Below, in pieces: positions 52,301-63,600 of a stretch of 64,000 nucleotides of DNA. Where the stretch lies: assembly GCA_965644495.1 (NCBI GenBank), contig CBFFSA010000001.1, positions 248,001 through 312,000 on the forward strand. The letters are read 5' to 3'. The position numbers and the translations under genes were made by a program. The stretch comes from Perkinsela sp. CCAP 1560/9. Its lineage: Eukaryota; Protista; Euglenozoa: Kinetoplastea. The number at the start of each line of letters is the position of its first letter. Position 1 is the stretch's first letter. The notes beneath the pieces were generated by a model, which searched no databases, had not been told where the DNA came from, and worked only from the letters and a program-made list of their open reading frames with translations.

Positions 52301-53898
52301 TACCATCGACGGAAAACATTACTGCTGCTTTATTCTCTTGTATACAAGCTATCTCTAGTTCTGTTCGTGCGAAAAGCCAATCGATCTCTTTGGAAAAGTT
52401 TTTATGTCTTGCTCATGCATTCTGCGCAACCAATATATGCAGTGCAAATCGTTTATTGAGTGAAGTCGGTGAGCCATTATTCCGAGAAAGGAAAGACAGC
52501 GGATATTCTGATTCACACGATACAAATATGTGGATAAAACTCTTAAGCCTCGTGTTGCGTTCTGGACAGCGACTCGCTTCTCTTGAATCCCAAACTTCGA
52601 TTCAGCATGGGGAAGTCACTTTATCAAATAGTTCATGCGTAGAAAACTTAAGTTATGTGATGACAGAATGCAGTGACATTATTCCTCAAAACAGGGAAGA
52701 CGTGTTATTGTTAACATCGATTGTTCCTTCTCTACTTTGTGTGGAGTTGTGCGCTGCACTGGAGACTGTCAAAGATAAGAATGCTTTAGGGGTCTACGTA
52801 CGAAGGAAAATTGATTTTCCTTCATCGTGGTTTTCATCGTCCGGTGACCCATCTCACTGTGACCGTCAATTTATGTCTTTGAGTTCCGCGATTCACGCAT
52901 CGGTAGCAAAAGCATTTTTTATGCACAACTGTGTCTCTGTAGGGAATGAAATCCTTGATATTGTTCTCGAAAACTTAACTCGATTGATAGTATCGAGTAA
53001 GTTCGATAAATGTGAAGACGTAATTCAGGGTCTGACAATCGCCTGTAGCCGTCATGATGCATGGCTACATCATTGTCATGGAATACGACTTTCTGATAGC
53101 GAATGCCAAGAGCAGTTAAACACATTTTTGTATGAAGTTTTGCTACGATTGCTGAATTTATACGCAACGTTTGCCGGTCGCAAGCACGAAATTAGCAACC
53201 ATTTCCCTGGAATGTTATTGTTCGTGTGCTTCTTGGCCTCTGAATTAGGCCCCAGTCAATGGAAGGCTCAATCGACCTTGCTTTTTGACGGGCTTCTTTA
53301 CTTTCTACGTTCTTGCCTTCTGTCTCCCAAATCGTCAGTGCTATCTGGAGATCGAAAGACTCACATTCCAAGATGCGAAGCAACCAGTGATGCACCTCAG
53401 GGTGCCCTCAAGCACGAGATCACGAAAGCGCAGCTTGAAAGGTCGTGCTTGGGTATACTTCAGGAGCTTTTGAACGAACTGCCGTTTCAGCATATAGAAG
53501 AAAATTTAACGAATTTAATAAGTGTGCTTCTTTTTTCATGTCAACACAGCAAGTTGGATTCTAAAAGTGTTATGTCATCCATCGAAATGGACAGCAGAAT
53601 AAGCTCTTTTCGTTCATTAACTTTGCTTGCAGATCTTCTCTCCACCAAAAGCGTGAACAATTCTTCCGAAGCATGGCGAGAGGTAGAACACAGCCTGACT
53701 GTGAACAAGGACGGGAAAGAGATTGTTGACGAAAAAATTGAGCCTCCACACCTCTGCGATCAAACACTTTCCCTGCGTGACCTTGTTCTACGTGAGACGG
53801 AAAGATTTTTGTTTGACAAGAAACGACCAGTTAGGCGAGAGGTGCAGCTTTGTCGACATAAATGGTTTCTACGCGAAGAATTGGAGAACTCTTTCTAA
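49330..53898 (+). CDS. MMS19: MMS19/MET18 cytosolic Fe-S assembly targeting factor
   Basis: DGERDPFN...FDSFSCYFPIDF, PFLLEKLSS, and C-terminal DKKRPVRREVQLCRHKW motifs. Confidence 0.88.
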   Translation: MTTETPVGTFGSSLNEYCTLGPSDSLSLTDFFDKLLSRRAFMSRSKSENNADSSSKLSNSKDDFSKNFACRTKTLGHFIVEYMTENEKNYSHNMDLEQLGENCLFCMVQALESYLTHQDCSIRSRATDVLGQAIRLAHGFGQLSSCDHFRDNAELYKSFEKRIWRSNLARRNLLEFLLSRMKDYDTIESVIHALHVLLIQIDEVCSFSERQGRGWLRLTDVSSILVRIASETRLEYSRLRLRRQIYDLFRKFFLLGYFSDEAHAEIVGDIHQSHVSENGMIEIPFLDIGESSFSLNVSSQIVACDIAEYFKQLSPLVHPATFVPKFLKCVDGERDPFNVVTLFHLFERVNRIIAFWKNQSGDDALDMDFFDSFSCYFPIDFKKPQENVTSREDEPTKSTNVDENTFQSISSPLEFYSITRPTLPVVDSIKLQESLQELLIHPRFIKISIPFLLEKLSSAIEDTKLQVLEVMRDIFVQAMRTDQYFEALSHLDSDAMSTEDTSLLLLSEIIQALREELHQCVGSERNALKFETLRVIKAIGSFVYERSKSDKTLNYLTKRFVLEPFFRNVTKFHVDRDFTTDDDFNRNITVLNQSEIHALSIDLALIESFLESKSRLILFCYAQIDAVLQSHHKEGGIIRSSLQNNSFGERERLMHLRRVEYATEIYANLLSMVRSAVYASPTDLCQYFRNVISFIHCIFASECPTLSRNLMSNGAKCVIVLASFLDSQKFLEAPSCRALANNEPVSTDIEALSVTLETQVNLSDNTFVRVQGDTSHLFMSCSLRLILTKLFVIVCSFYFTVADVPSASAVLSSLTHGWITPQSSLLVNILVPMWLRVYFSSDHFTREGIAESEHSHDAQSNSMLFNSIKCEKREANFPPVSIALVSEVFSSDPYKERILHGLLSIVQLDVSYARNALSTTTQFPTVNFIRIVSELLPLTAKGCLPHLLNHLLKATQKVLDVYRQGSYAKWGEAPGSTRIMENSLDPDSNPVPSTENITAALFSCIQAISSSVRAKSQSISLEKFLCLAHAFCATNICSANRLLSEVGEPLFRERKDSGYSDSHDTNMWIKLLSLVLRSGQRLASLESQTSIQHGEVTLSNSSCVENLSYVMTECSDIIPQNREDVLLLTSIVPSLLCVELCAALETVKDKNALGVYVRRKIDFPSSWFSSSGDPSHCDRQFMSLSSAIHASVAKAFFMHNCVSVGNEILDIVLENLTRLIVSSKFDKCEDVIQGLTIACSRHDAWLHHCHGIRLSDSECQEQLNTFLYEVLLRLLNLYATFAGRKHEISNHFPGMLLFVCFLASELGPSQWKAQSTLLFDGLLYFLRSCLLSPKSSVLSGDRKTHIPRCEATSDAPQGALKHEITKAQLERSCLGILQELLNELPFQHIEENLTNLISVLLFSCQHSKLDSKSVMSSIEMDSRISSFRSLTLLADLLSTKSVNNSSEAWREVEHSLTVNKDGKEIVDEKIEPPHLCDQTLSLRDLVLRETERFLFDKKRPVRREVQLCRHKWFLREELENSF

Positions 53899-54092
53899 AA
53901 GTATTTTTTAATGTTTTTTCCTTTGTGCTCTTTTAAAAAGGTAAACCTTTCAACCCCTTTTCTAGAATCTGGACTCGTTACTACTATACTGTACCCTATA
54001 AGTACAGTATATTGGTTATATAGTATCTGACCCTGCAGTACACAATATGCTTTTTAATATGCTTTTTGACGGATATTAGTTTGTCAACAACA

Positions 54093-54581
54093 ATGAGCAA
54101 CCGAGAAGATGAACTTAAAGCCATATGGGGGAAACCGCTAACTGTGGGAGATGACGTTTCCAGCGACGAATCCGACATTTACGACATCATGAACGACAGA
54201 AAAAAAACAAAGGAACGGACAATGGACTCAAAATCTCCCAAACTGAAAAATAACCTTAAGGATGAGAGACAATTCAAAGACAAAACTCGTTCTTTCACCA
54301 TACATTGTACAGTGCACAGCTCAACGAAGCGCTCTGAGCTTCAAGCACTTTTTAGTAGCTATCGACCACTTTCTATTCGTATACACAAAGCGATCAAGTC
54401 TTCAGTGAGGAATCCGGTACACTATGCACTTGTAACTGTACCTAACAAAGCCATGGGCCTACATGCGATTTATACATTCCGAGGTACCGATCAGTCTCGT
54501 ACAATTGGAGTAACAGAGCCATTGGACCTTAATATTTATTTCACACGCAAGCAAAATCGGGTCATGCGCAGCCGGGCTTAA
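54093..54581 (+). CDS. Small RRM-like RNA-binding protein
   Basis: ELQALFSSY...YALVTV...AIYTF pattern resembles an RRM fold. Confidence 0.6.
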   Translation: MSNREDELKAIWGKPLTVGDDVSSDESDIYDIMNDRKKTKERTMDSKSPKLKNNLKDERQFKDKTRSFTIHCTVHSSTKRSELQALFSSYRPLSIRIHKAIKSSVRNPVHYALVTVPNKAMGLHAIYTFRGTDQSRTIGVTEPLDLNIYFTRKQNRVMRSRA

Positions 54582-54821
54582 AATTATGTCTAGTTCTTAC
54601 TGACTGTTTAGACAAATCGGCTCACATACAAAGAGGTAAAAAAACATAAAAATAGGTAAATCCTCTTGCATTCTTATTTTTTCGTAGGTTACATAAACGA
54701 TTGAAATATTTTAAAAGGAAGTCGGTTGCTTTATTGGTGGTTCTACTTTGAATATGTCATTTTGATATTCGTAGGTTTTCTTGTTTGTTACGCCTCTTAT
54801 ATTACTAATGATTCAGTGAGC

Positions 54822-56987
54822 ATGACAATGGAATTATTGACGTCCGACACGTTGGATAGCGTTGAGGTTTTGCCTTTGGGGTCAGGGGGCGAAGTGGGTC
54901 GTTCGTGCGTGGTAGTGACCTTTAAAGGAAAGCGTGTTATGTTTGATTGCGGCTTACACCCAGCGCGAATGGGACTTGATAGCCTTCCTATTCTTGACAA
55001 TCTGAACTGTGGGTCCATTGACCTGGTTTTAGTAACTCATTTTCACTTGGATCATTGTGGTGCTCTTCCATACTTGTGTAACGCTACTAATTTCGAAGGC
55101 AAAGTTTTTATGACGCACCCAACGAAAGCAATATATAGAAAGGTAATGTTGGATTTCATGAGAGTAAGTCCGAACTCTTCGGAACTAGTAAAGTCGCAAT
55201 GGCTAGACAACACTATGGAAGTAGTACAGACTACTCATTACCACAAAAGAGAAGCTTGTGGAGGGATTTGTTTTACTGCATACAATGCGGGACACGTCCT
55301 TGGTGCCGCCATGTTTCTCGTAGAAATTGGGGGCGCAAAAATCTTGTACACAGGGGATTACAGCCGTTATCCTGATCGACATCTTGTTGGGGCAGAGACT
55401 CCTCCACATTGTCCCGATGTGCTCATAGTTGAAAGTACATACGGAATTCAGATACATGAATCTCGCGAAGATAGAGAGGCGAAGTTTCTAAATTGGGTCA
55501 CAGAAGTCATACAGAGTCCTCGCAAAGGCAAGTGTCTTGTCCCGGTTTTCGCACTTGGACGCGCACAGGAGCTTTTACTTCTGTTAGATGAATATTGGGA
55601 GCAACACGAGGAGCTACGTAGTGTTCCAATTTACTTTATTTCTTCCATGTCTAAGCGCTGCAGTGCTTTTTATGAAACTTATCGCTTTCAGATGAATGAG
55701 AATATTAAACATGGTACCGATAATCCGTTTGACTTTAAATACATTACGTGTTTAAAGGATTTGTCTAATTTTCACGACTTTGGTCCTTGTGTTGTACTTG
55801 CCAGTCCTGGTATGTTGCAAAGTGGTGTAAGCCGACAACTTTTTGAACGATGGTGTATCGATAGGCGCAATGGAGTTATCCTCGCTGGATACAGCGTCGA
55901 AGGAACCTTTGCAAAAAGTATTATGTCTCATCCTAAAGAAATAAACGGGGAGGACGGTCGTGTGCTTCCTCTTCGAATGGAAACGATTCACACCGTGAGT
56001 TTCAGCGCCCACAGTGACTATGCTCAAACGCATGATTTTATCCAGAGTCTGCCTACTCTTCAGCATGTAATTTTAGTTCATGGGCATTCCGAAGCTATGG
56101 CCAAGCTTTCCGAGAGGCTTAATTCAGACTTTTCTAGCCGTCCATTGACTGCCCTTACAACACTGAATACTAAACCGATCTGCATTCCGTTACGCGCGAC
56201 CAACCACGCGTCTGCGCTTGGCACTTTGGCCTCTGAGTTAAACCACGCGAGTACGTCCATTACAAGGGATGCCATTCTCATCACACAAGCGGATGGAACA
56301 CTGGAATTAGTGAATAGAGGAGATTTGGAGATTTACAGTGGACTGCGAACGGCTCGTCTACACTGCGGTATGCGTATTCCTGTTGACGAATCCATCAGTC
56401 TTCGAGACGTTTACAGTCATCTGTGTAACACTTTTCAAAATTGTATTCTGCATTCGGAAAACAGCGCTATTGGAGATACAGTTTTTGACCATCGTGGCAA
56501 TATCGAACATAAAATCGTCGTCGCAAAAGCAATAATAGTTGAGTTGAATACTGTAACCAATTCGTCGGAAAACAATCTGGTCGTCAAGTGGAATATGTCC
56601 AAACATACTGATGTCATAGCGAATGCAGTGTGTATCACTTTACTCCAACTGCATCACTTGGAAAAGTTGCAGGTGGGAGATATTCAGTCAGAATTGGATA
56701 TGTCTTTCCGAATGCAATCTGCTCATCATTTTCTCTCACAACACTTTCAAGGCGTCCAACTGGATTACCGTACGGGCGAGATGACATTTCGACACGAAAA
56801 AGGGGGAAACGTTACGATTACTAACCTGCAGAAAGTTGAGTGTGATGATCAAGATACTAAAGTTGATGTCGAGCGGGTCGTACGACGTATGTTTCTGGCA
56901 TTATTTCCCATCCCACTACTGGAGGGGGATGGATTATGTGAATGTCCATCACATGTGCATGAAAATGCCGCTTTTGACACGTCATGA
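54822..56987 (+). CDS. CPSF3: Cleavage and polyadenylation endonuclease CPSF3 (CPSF73)
   Basis: PLGSGGEVGRSC, THFHLDHCGALP, AGHVLGAAMF, ESTYG, PVFALGRAQELL, SPGMLQSG and SFSAH motifs. Confidence 0.96.
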   Translation: MTMELLTSDTLDSVEVLPLGSGGEVGRSCVVVTFKGKRVMFDCGLHPARMGLDSLPILDNLNCGSIDLVLVTHFHLDHCGALPYLCNATNFEGKVFMTHPTKAIYRKVMLDFMRVSPNSSELVKSQWLDNTMEVVQTTHYHKREACGGICFTAYNAGHVLGAAMFLVEIGGAKILYTGDYSRYPDRHLVGAETPPHCPDVLIVESTYGIQIHESREDREAKFLNWVTEVIQSPRKGKCLVPVFALGRAQELLLLLDEYWEQHEELRSVPIYFISSMSKRCSAFYETYRFQMNENIKHGTDNPFDFKYITCLKDLSNFHDFGPCVVLASPGMLQSGVSRQLFERWCIDRRNGVILAGYSVEGTFAKSIMSHPKEINGEDGRVLPLRMETIHTVSFSAHSDYAQTHDFIQSLPTLQHVILVHGHSEAMAKLSERLNSDFSSRPLTALTTLNTKPICIPLRATNHASALGTLASELNHASTSITRDAILITQADGTLELVNRGDLEIYSGLRTARLHCGMRIPVDESISLRDVYSHLCNTFQNCILHSENSAIGDTVFDHRGNIEHKIVVAKAIIVELNTVTNSSENNLVVKWNMSKHTDVIANAVCITLLQLHHLEKLQVGDIQSELDMSFRMQSAHHFLSQHFQGVQLDYRTGEMTFRHEKGGNVTITNLQKVECDDQDTKVDVERVVRRMFLALFPIPLLEGDGLCECPSHVHENAAFDTS

Positions 56988-57161
56988 GTATACACTATCT
57001 TATTTATAAAACACCATCTTTGTACCCCTTCGTATCTAAAACCGTTCGTTCTCATTGTCATTTTTCTTTTTTTCACCTCAGGCATAAGTAGTCTGTTTAA
57101 TGGGATCCGGGGGCTACAAATAGTCTGTTTCTGATATTCAATACCTTTGACAATTCTGAAA

Positions 57162-57989
57162 ATGTTCTCACCGATCGGCGTCACTGTAGCTTATGTGCTA
57201 TTTCTCAACGGGGTGAGATTTCGGGGTGCATGCGTTATGCGACCACCCCCTTTTGCTGATGGGCCTGTGCCTGGTGCGCACTACGCCCCGAACGCAAGCA
57301 CGCTCACAGCTACGTGGAATATCACACAGGCATGTGACACGTTTCAGCAAGGCCAGCAAGTATGCTGCAGTGAAGGCCAGTATCACGCTATGGCTACAAA
57401 TTTTATTGTTTTACAAGCCACTCTGGCAGGCTGTGACGCTTGTTCCATTGCTATGAAGCGTATGTGGTGCAGCTTTACATGTTCCCCAAACCAGTCCGAT
57501 TTTGTATCAATCCGTTCATACGTGCCCGACAGTGGTCCTGATCCTCGTGTCCAATCGGTATACTTGAACATAACAAGTAGCTTTGCCGAAAGATTCTGGA
57601 TGTCGTGTCAAAATGCCGGCTTTCGTGGGACGGAAAGTTTTAAAAACATGTTTTTGAATGGCGTTTCGGGCCTCTTGACGCTTATGGCAAGCAAAACACC
57701 TTCAACAGAGCCTCCCACAAGTCATCTTGTGCACTCCATACCGATCGATTATCATCCACACTCTAAAGCATTGAATGTAACACTTGCAGAAGATCAGTAC
57801 AGCTGTAGTAAGTCAGTACCACCTCCGCAATATCCTATGCCACGAGCGATGGTTGGCTTAGTCTCGCTAGAAGCGTTTACTCTTATCATGTATTTTATTA
57901 TTCTTGCTCTGTCTCTCTTGTTGGGTGTGCGTAACATGTACGCAGGCTCTTTAAAGGGACGATTGAGCCATTGGCTTTCTGAAATGTAA
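57162..57989 (+). CDS. Stand-alone NPC1 N-terminal (sterol-binding) domain protein with signal peptide and one C-terminal TM helix
   Basis: CVM...C.......VCC...Q...............CDAC.......WCSFTCSPNQSDFV...FAERFWMSC cysteine pattern of NPC1_N. Confidence 0.8.
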   Translation: MFSPIGVTVAYVLFLNGVRFRGACVMRPPPFADGPVPGAHYAPNASTLTATWNITQACDTFQQGQQVCCSEGQYHAMATNFIVLQATLAGCDACSIAMKRMWCSFTCSPNQSDFVSIRSYVPDSGPDPRVQSVYLNITSSFAERFWMSCQNAGFRGTESFKNMFLNGVSGLLTLMASKTPSTEPPTSHLVHSIPIDYHPHSKALNVTLAEDQYSCSKSVPPPQYPMPRAMVGLVSLEAFTLIMYFIILALSLLLGVRNMYAGSLKGRLSHWLSEM

Positions 57990-58426
57990 GGAGCGCGAAA
58001 GGCAAGAAACATTTCAAAGCGGTGTGCTAGGCTACATACGCACTCTTTTTGTCATCATGCGTGCCGCAAAAAGCTTTGTAGTTAACTTAGAGTTGGTCAC
58101 TAGTAGACGTACGGGAGTGCGCTACCCAAGTAAATTAATTTTTTCCGTACTTCACTGTACAAGTCTCATCTTTTGGATAAGGCGATGATTTCCGTCGAGG
58201 TGTTTATATCACATTCGATTTACTCCACTCACTGCATTTGTTGGCGTTCGTAGTAGAAGTCATATGGGCTCAATGCCGTGTTAGATACAAAAGCATTGCA
58301 CGTTTGTTAAAAGAAAATTAAACTGAAATGTGGAAAGGAATTATATGCTCTTTTGTTCGAAATGTGGAACTCTTTGGATACTACTCTCTATTCCATAATA
58401 TTTCTAGAAGAAAAATCTGTGAAGTT

Positions 58427-60445
58427 ATGAAGGCTCTCAGGCGAAAAACATACCTGAAACCAGAATTTTGCGGCATCTTCCAAAGGCGTCTAGCAACATC
58501 GCAAAGCCATCATAGTGTCGCTATTAATCCTATACATTCAAATACAGACCGACTGAAACAGTTTCAGCACATTTGGAAGTTATTTCCTGACGCTGCCTTG
58601 GATTCATGCGAGTCAACTTTGAGAGCTCCGCCAACTTGGCTTACGGAACTGTGCACTGACTTAAGTCTGCGTATTAACGAGGAAAATGACGAGTATCGTG
58701 CATCTCTCCTTGAAGAGGAATCCGAGTTTTCAGTACTTAGGCAAGCCTTAAAAGAACGGGGTAGAAAATTTACTGCCTTACAAAATCCTATGAAGATATG
58801 TCCAACGGCGTCACACCAGACTAATTCTACTAATTCTGATGATCTACAATCACGAGATCGCAGCGAAACGTCATTGAAAAATACGACCTCGAGTACCAAT
58901 GCTTCTTTTCAAGATAATCCTAGCGAAACATCGTTAATGAACTCTCAAGATACATACATTCTTGCCGACCCTTACTCGTATGTTCGCGTTGTCATCTATC
59001 CTGAAGACAACTATTCCATAGGCCCCTATGAGTTTCCTCGCCCTGGAGCGTACCCTGATCCTGAGGTACGCCAAGCCTTATCTCTGAACTATGAAAATCA
59101 TGTCTATGTATGCATCGGAGAGGCATACTGCTTCCCTCACCGTTCCCAACTACCGACATCGCGGGGAACAGAGCCATCAAAGCTGTATGTCGATCCGACA
59201 TCGCGTACTCCTACTTTGTTTCTCCAGCTTTCTCCCTATTTTCCTCCTGCAACTTGGATACCCATGCGACCCTCTGCCGCAGTGGTTCGTCGCGTGCTTT
59301 CAGAATTCGCTCAGTTCGCTGTGTACCATCGCGATTTGCATCACACCGACTACGTGAGGAAATGGGAACTGGCCAAAACGGTCCTTTCGAAGCAAAATAT
59401 GCCTTCAGATGATGGAAGCGTTATGCGATATCTAGGATGGTCGGCTCGACTTCTTCTAATGCATCAGGCCCCACTCCGAGAATACCCAAACACGCAAGAC
59501 TTTTTTATCGGTGAATATGAAAGACCTGAGGAAATTCTTGAGTACATAGAAAATTGTCCGTTCCTGTTTGCTATTCCGGAAATGCGAACAAGCTCAATGG
59601 CATTATACAGCCGCGCAGACGGCCCCGGTATCGCAATGTCCGCTTTCCGATGCATATATTCAAAATCAGTACTTTGGGTTAAAGTGCATCACAGCACGGA
59701 AGTGAAACTACCTCCCGCTGAGCCAATGCAATTCAAATACTTATGGCAGGAAAAGCGAGATCTTCCCGAAACCCTTACACCAGTATTCATTCGCATTGTT
59801 TGGCCGGATAACACTCGCATGTGCGGGGGTGGAGGTCTGATTCCACGCTTCAACCAATTATTTGAAACCGAATTTGCTCGCGATATTCCCATCGATGCGG
59901 TTCTTGCGTTGCACTATATCGCCTCGTGGGCCAAGCGATCAAAGGATCTCGTGGGTGTTCTGGGGATGCGCAAACGAGTGGAGGCACTAGAGGCAGCTGT
60001 TCTAGAGCAACCTCAGCCCATCCTACCCGATTTCGGGGCGTATCCATCTACTCGAGAAATCCCTTCTCCGATGTATACGAACAAGGAACGACTTGCCATG
60101 CATATCCAATATCTGGCTCACTTAGGCGATCCTAATATTGAGAAAGTTATTCGGCGATGGATGAGGCATGACAGTGGGTCTATTCGCTTCGGCTGTGCGA
60201 AGGCCTCACTGGAACGAAATCATCGTGAATTATTCAAAGAAATTGTCCGGAACGAGTTACCGGGGGAATATCAGCGCATGATGTTGCGCTGTATTCGCCT
60301 CAGAAAGAAACGCGATTATACCGACGCTGTCCAGAAGCTCAAGGAAGAAGACTTTGACCTACCTCCTCATGAAATCAATCATGCTGTTAAAAAGAAGGAA
60401 GGAAATCAACTTGAGCAAAATTTGCGGATGGAAGATTACCCTTGA
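58427..60445 (+). CDS. Hypothetical, probably mitochondrial protein
   Basis: Long ORF with a basic presequence-like N-terminus (MKALRRK...FQRRLA); family not recognised. Confidence 0.75.
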   Translation: MKALRRKTYLKPEFCGIFQRRLATSQSHHSVAINPIHSNTDRLKQFQHIWKLFPDAALDSCESTLRAPPTWLTELCTDLSLRINEENDEYRASLLEEESEFSVLRQALKERGRKFTALQNPMKICPTASHQTNSTNSDDLQSRDRSETSLKNTTSSTNASFQDNPSETSLMNSQDTYILADPYSYVRVVIYPEDNYSIGPYEFPRPGAYPDPEVRQALSLNYENHVYVCIGEAYCFPHRSQLPTSRGTEPSKLYVDPTSRTPTLFLQLSPYFPPATWIPMRPSAAVVRRVLSEFAQFAVYHRDLHHTDYVRKWELAKTVLSKQNMPSDDGSVMRYLGWSARLLLMHQAPLREYPNTQDFFIGEYERPEEILEYIENCPFLFAIPEMRTSSMALYSRADGPGIAMSAFRCIYSKSVLWVKVHHSTEVKLPPAEPMQFKYLWQEKRDLPETLTPVFIRIVWPDNTRMCGGGGLIPRFNQLFETEFARDIPIDAVLALHYIASWAKRSKDLVGVLGMRKRVEALEAAVLEQPQPILPDFGAYPSTREIPSPMYTNKERLAMHIQYLAHLGDPNIEKVIRRWMRHDSGSIRFGCAKASLERNHRELFKEIVRNELPGEYQRMMLRCIRLRKKRDYTDAVQKLKEEDFDLPPHEINHAVKKKEGNQLEQNLRMEDYP

Positions 60446-60604
60446 TCATAGAGACGCACATGTAAATCTGGTGTTGGATGTAGGCATACTTTAGAAAATA
60501 TTTTTCCACTGTTCTACAGAAAATTTATTTTGTGCGAAGTGCAGCAATCGAACTTTATACGAAAGAGAAACTCAACCTTTTTTTATAACTATCTTATCCT
60601 GGAA

Positions 60605-63600
60605 ATGAGCTCCAAATCTATTGCAGTGACATCATGCATTCCTTCGCTGGCGGAATCATTGGCGTTATTCTCTGAAGATGTATCCGGATCTGATATCATA
60701 GCCGCACGAATATGGGCATTAGCACCGGATAGCGGCGACTACTTAGAGGTCGACAAAATCGCGTCGTCTACAGTCAAGAAATTGTGCTCCACGCTTGAAG
60801 AGAGTCGATTGCCAACGAACTCTTTGGTCAAGACAGTATCCTGGAACACAATGACGTCACTTACTAGCTTACTGCTAGCGATTGTTTCACGCTTCAATGT
60901 GGACTGTCAAGATTTCTTCCTCATGATGAAAACAGGTATCCGTCTAATCATGCTTTTTGCTGGTCAAGTAGAGGCACGCGAATTCCAGGTGATCCTTATG
61001 CTCTGCGTAGCTAAGTTTATGCGACGCGCTTCTGAAGCCTTCCAAAAAGTGGAAGGAGCCATTCTCCTCATTGATTTTTCGCCGAATTCTCTACATCGTA
61101 CGACATTTTTTCAAATTCTATCCGAAGGCTTTAAGGATCTTTCTGGATTATGTCTCCCTTCGGACGCACTCAAGGCTGTTCATGGGTACCTCTCGATTTT
61201 GATCATGGAAGCTTCATGTCTTACACGTGCGCAATCTCCCGAGGACGATAACCATTTGGATATGATGCTATCGGCTGTCAACCCATATGCTCCTCGCTGC
61301 ACTGAACTTCCTGATATAGTCCAGTGCAGTGCATTCGAGCATCTTATGTACATGATTCAGTCTAGCCTAGGCAGTAAGTTATCACGCGAGCTTTTATCAG
61401 AGTACGTACATTCTCTGTTGTGTGACTTCGTTGTAAACATGAGCCCCGTACTACAACGGTGCTGTCAGATTGACCGAAAACTGGAGACCGAACTTGAATC
61501 CTCCGACTTGAATGTCGCATATAATGGAGTCAAGAACAACGTTCAAATAGATTATTCTCCCAAGAGACTTGATGTGCAAGATACAACTGTACACACAGAT
61601 GTTCTTACGAAATCGCACAGTGGATATCACTTTCGGTTAGTGCCATGCCTTCTCGAGTTGTGCGCAGTTGTATTAAAAGACATTAAGGCCTCAAGCACTT
61701 ATCCAGCTAACGGTCTTTGTCTAAAGAGCAACCAGTCGCAGCTTAACTTCTTCGTTAGGAAATTCGGTCCCCTCTTCTTCCAAGAATGTGTACAGACTTC
61801 GCATTCACTTCTTCAAAACCTCTATTTACTCCGTACAGTTTCCCTGTACTTGCGCGTGATACGATTTATGATCAGAGATCAAGAAAGTGCTCAAGACGTC
61901 GTATCTTACCTTGCTGAGCAGGATTTGTTTCCTGATATGCAATTAACGAATCTACTATCTACGACAACAAACATCGTGCAAAGCCAGTTTTCAAACAGCA
62001 AAAAGGATTCTAGAAGCTCGCGAAAGGGCAGCGCACGGGGAAACGCTTCCGTTGGTAACCCTGATATGCTCGTTCAAGACGATTTTATTTCAGAAGTCCT
62101 AAGTCTGTACGAGGCCTTGTATTTTTTCTTAGACGAAGAAAATGATGAGTATAAGGCGTTCCATTCTTCTGATATTTTAGGTGTTGCTTTTGAAATAGTA
62201 TGCAGTCCGGCAAGTCCTCAAATTATATCCCATGCATTCCTGCTAATTGGTTCTGCAGCCACTCGTGAGTCATTACTGGAATTCGTACTAAGCACTATTA
62301 CCCGCGTTGGTACCTTGGCACCAATGAACGGCACGAAGTTGCTGCATCCAAACCACAGGGCAGGGGAATATTTTCACGAGATTGACATGCGTTCTGTTCT
62401 CAAATTTGAGCACGGGACTTCGTTCTACCCTAAAACTCTTGGATACATTGTGGTATTGTACTCCATTTTATCAAGTGCGGGTGTTCGGAGCTCTGAAACT
62501 GTGGAGGCCACGGATTCTCCTACACGACACAGCTTTCTTGGTTCAAGACCTCGAAACAAGATAATAATCGAGGAACGTCAACTTAAGCCATTTTTAGATT
62601 TTACGGTAGAAACCCTTCTTCTTGTAGGGTACGCAAAAAACGCAGATGAGTCACAGCGTTGGTGCATTATTGCTACAGGTCTTCAGATTCTGTTGACAAG
62701 CACAGTTTTGTCTTTGTTAAAACTAAATCAAATAGTTGCGGTAGTCGCGCTTGTAGAGAATATAATGGAATCCTTGGGAGAGAACTTGTCATCTGCGGAT
62801 TACCTTCCACAATCGTTTTCTACTGCTGTATCGTCGATGGTGCATTGGCTTTTTGTCATCTCATTCCATGCACCTTTATCCGGATCTCAAATGGAAGAAG
62901 TTTCTCGACGAGTTTGTCGAAATTCTCAATTAATATATTCCGTTATACGAAATCTGCGCTTTGAGGACACTTCTGTTCGTTGTATGTCACTGATTTTTCT
63001 TTGCGAAATTTGGGTCCACTATGGTATGGTAGGATCACTAGCCCGAGATTTGTGCGCTCAAGGAAAGGACGCCGTTGCATGCGAAGATTTCTCTTTTGTC
63101 TTTTCGTGCATGAGCAGTTCTTCGTTGGTCTTTGAGCCAGGGAAGGTCTTCCTGTGGAATCCTCGGTTGTGGCTGAATACGCTTGATTGGATGTGTGGAT
63201 CACAGTCCAACGCACGGTTTGGTAAACTTGGGGGAAAAATGTTTTCGATTGAGCAGCTTGAAGAGTGCATGTTGTGGGGTATGAAAAGTCTTTTGCTCCA
63301 GCATATAATTCAGTTGATACATCTTCCCCTTCCGTCAATGAGTTCTATAATTCTGGGATTAGCTGCGAGTTCCACAAAGTTTACAAGAGGAAGTCTCTTA
63401 CTTTTGATAGAAGACGCACAATCAGTTCAAATCGCTTTAGATCAGCCTCTCTATCATAGCTTGTGTCTTGAATGTCTAGCAACGCTGTTGTCTTATACGC
63501 ATATCGTATCAGATTTTCTCTTGCAGCAAACTAGAGACCCGTTTATTCGCATAGCAGGAATGGTAATGGAGCATTTCAGCAGTCTGCGGTGGAATCAAGT

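Noticed and set aside
11955-57161. TTG/GTG-initiated N-terminal extensions in the ORF track (11955, 15753, 24864, 54066, 54726, 57147)
   Set aside because: They run through pyrimidine-rich intergenic, likely trans-splicing, sequence; a downstream in-frame ATG was used instead
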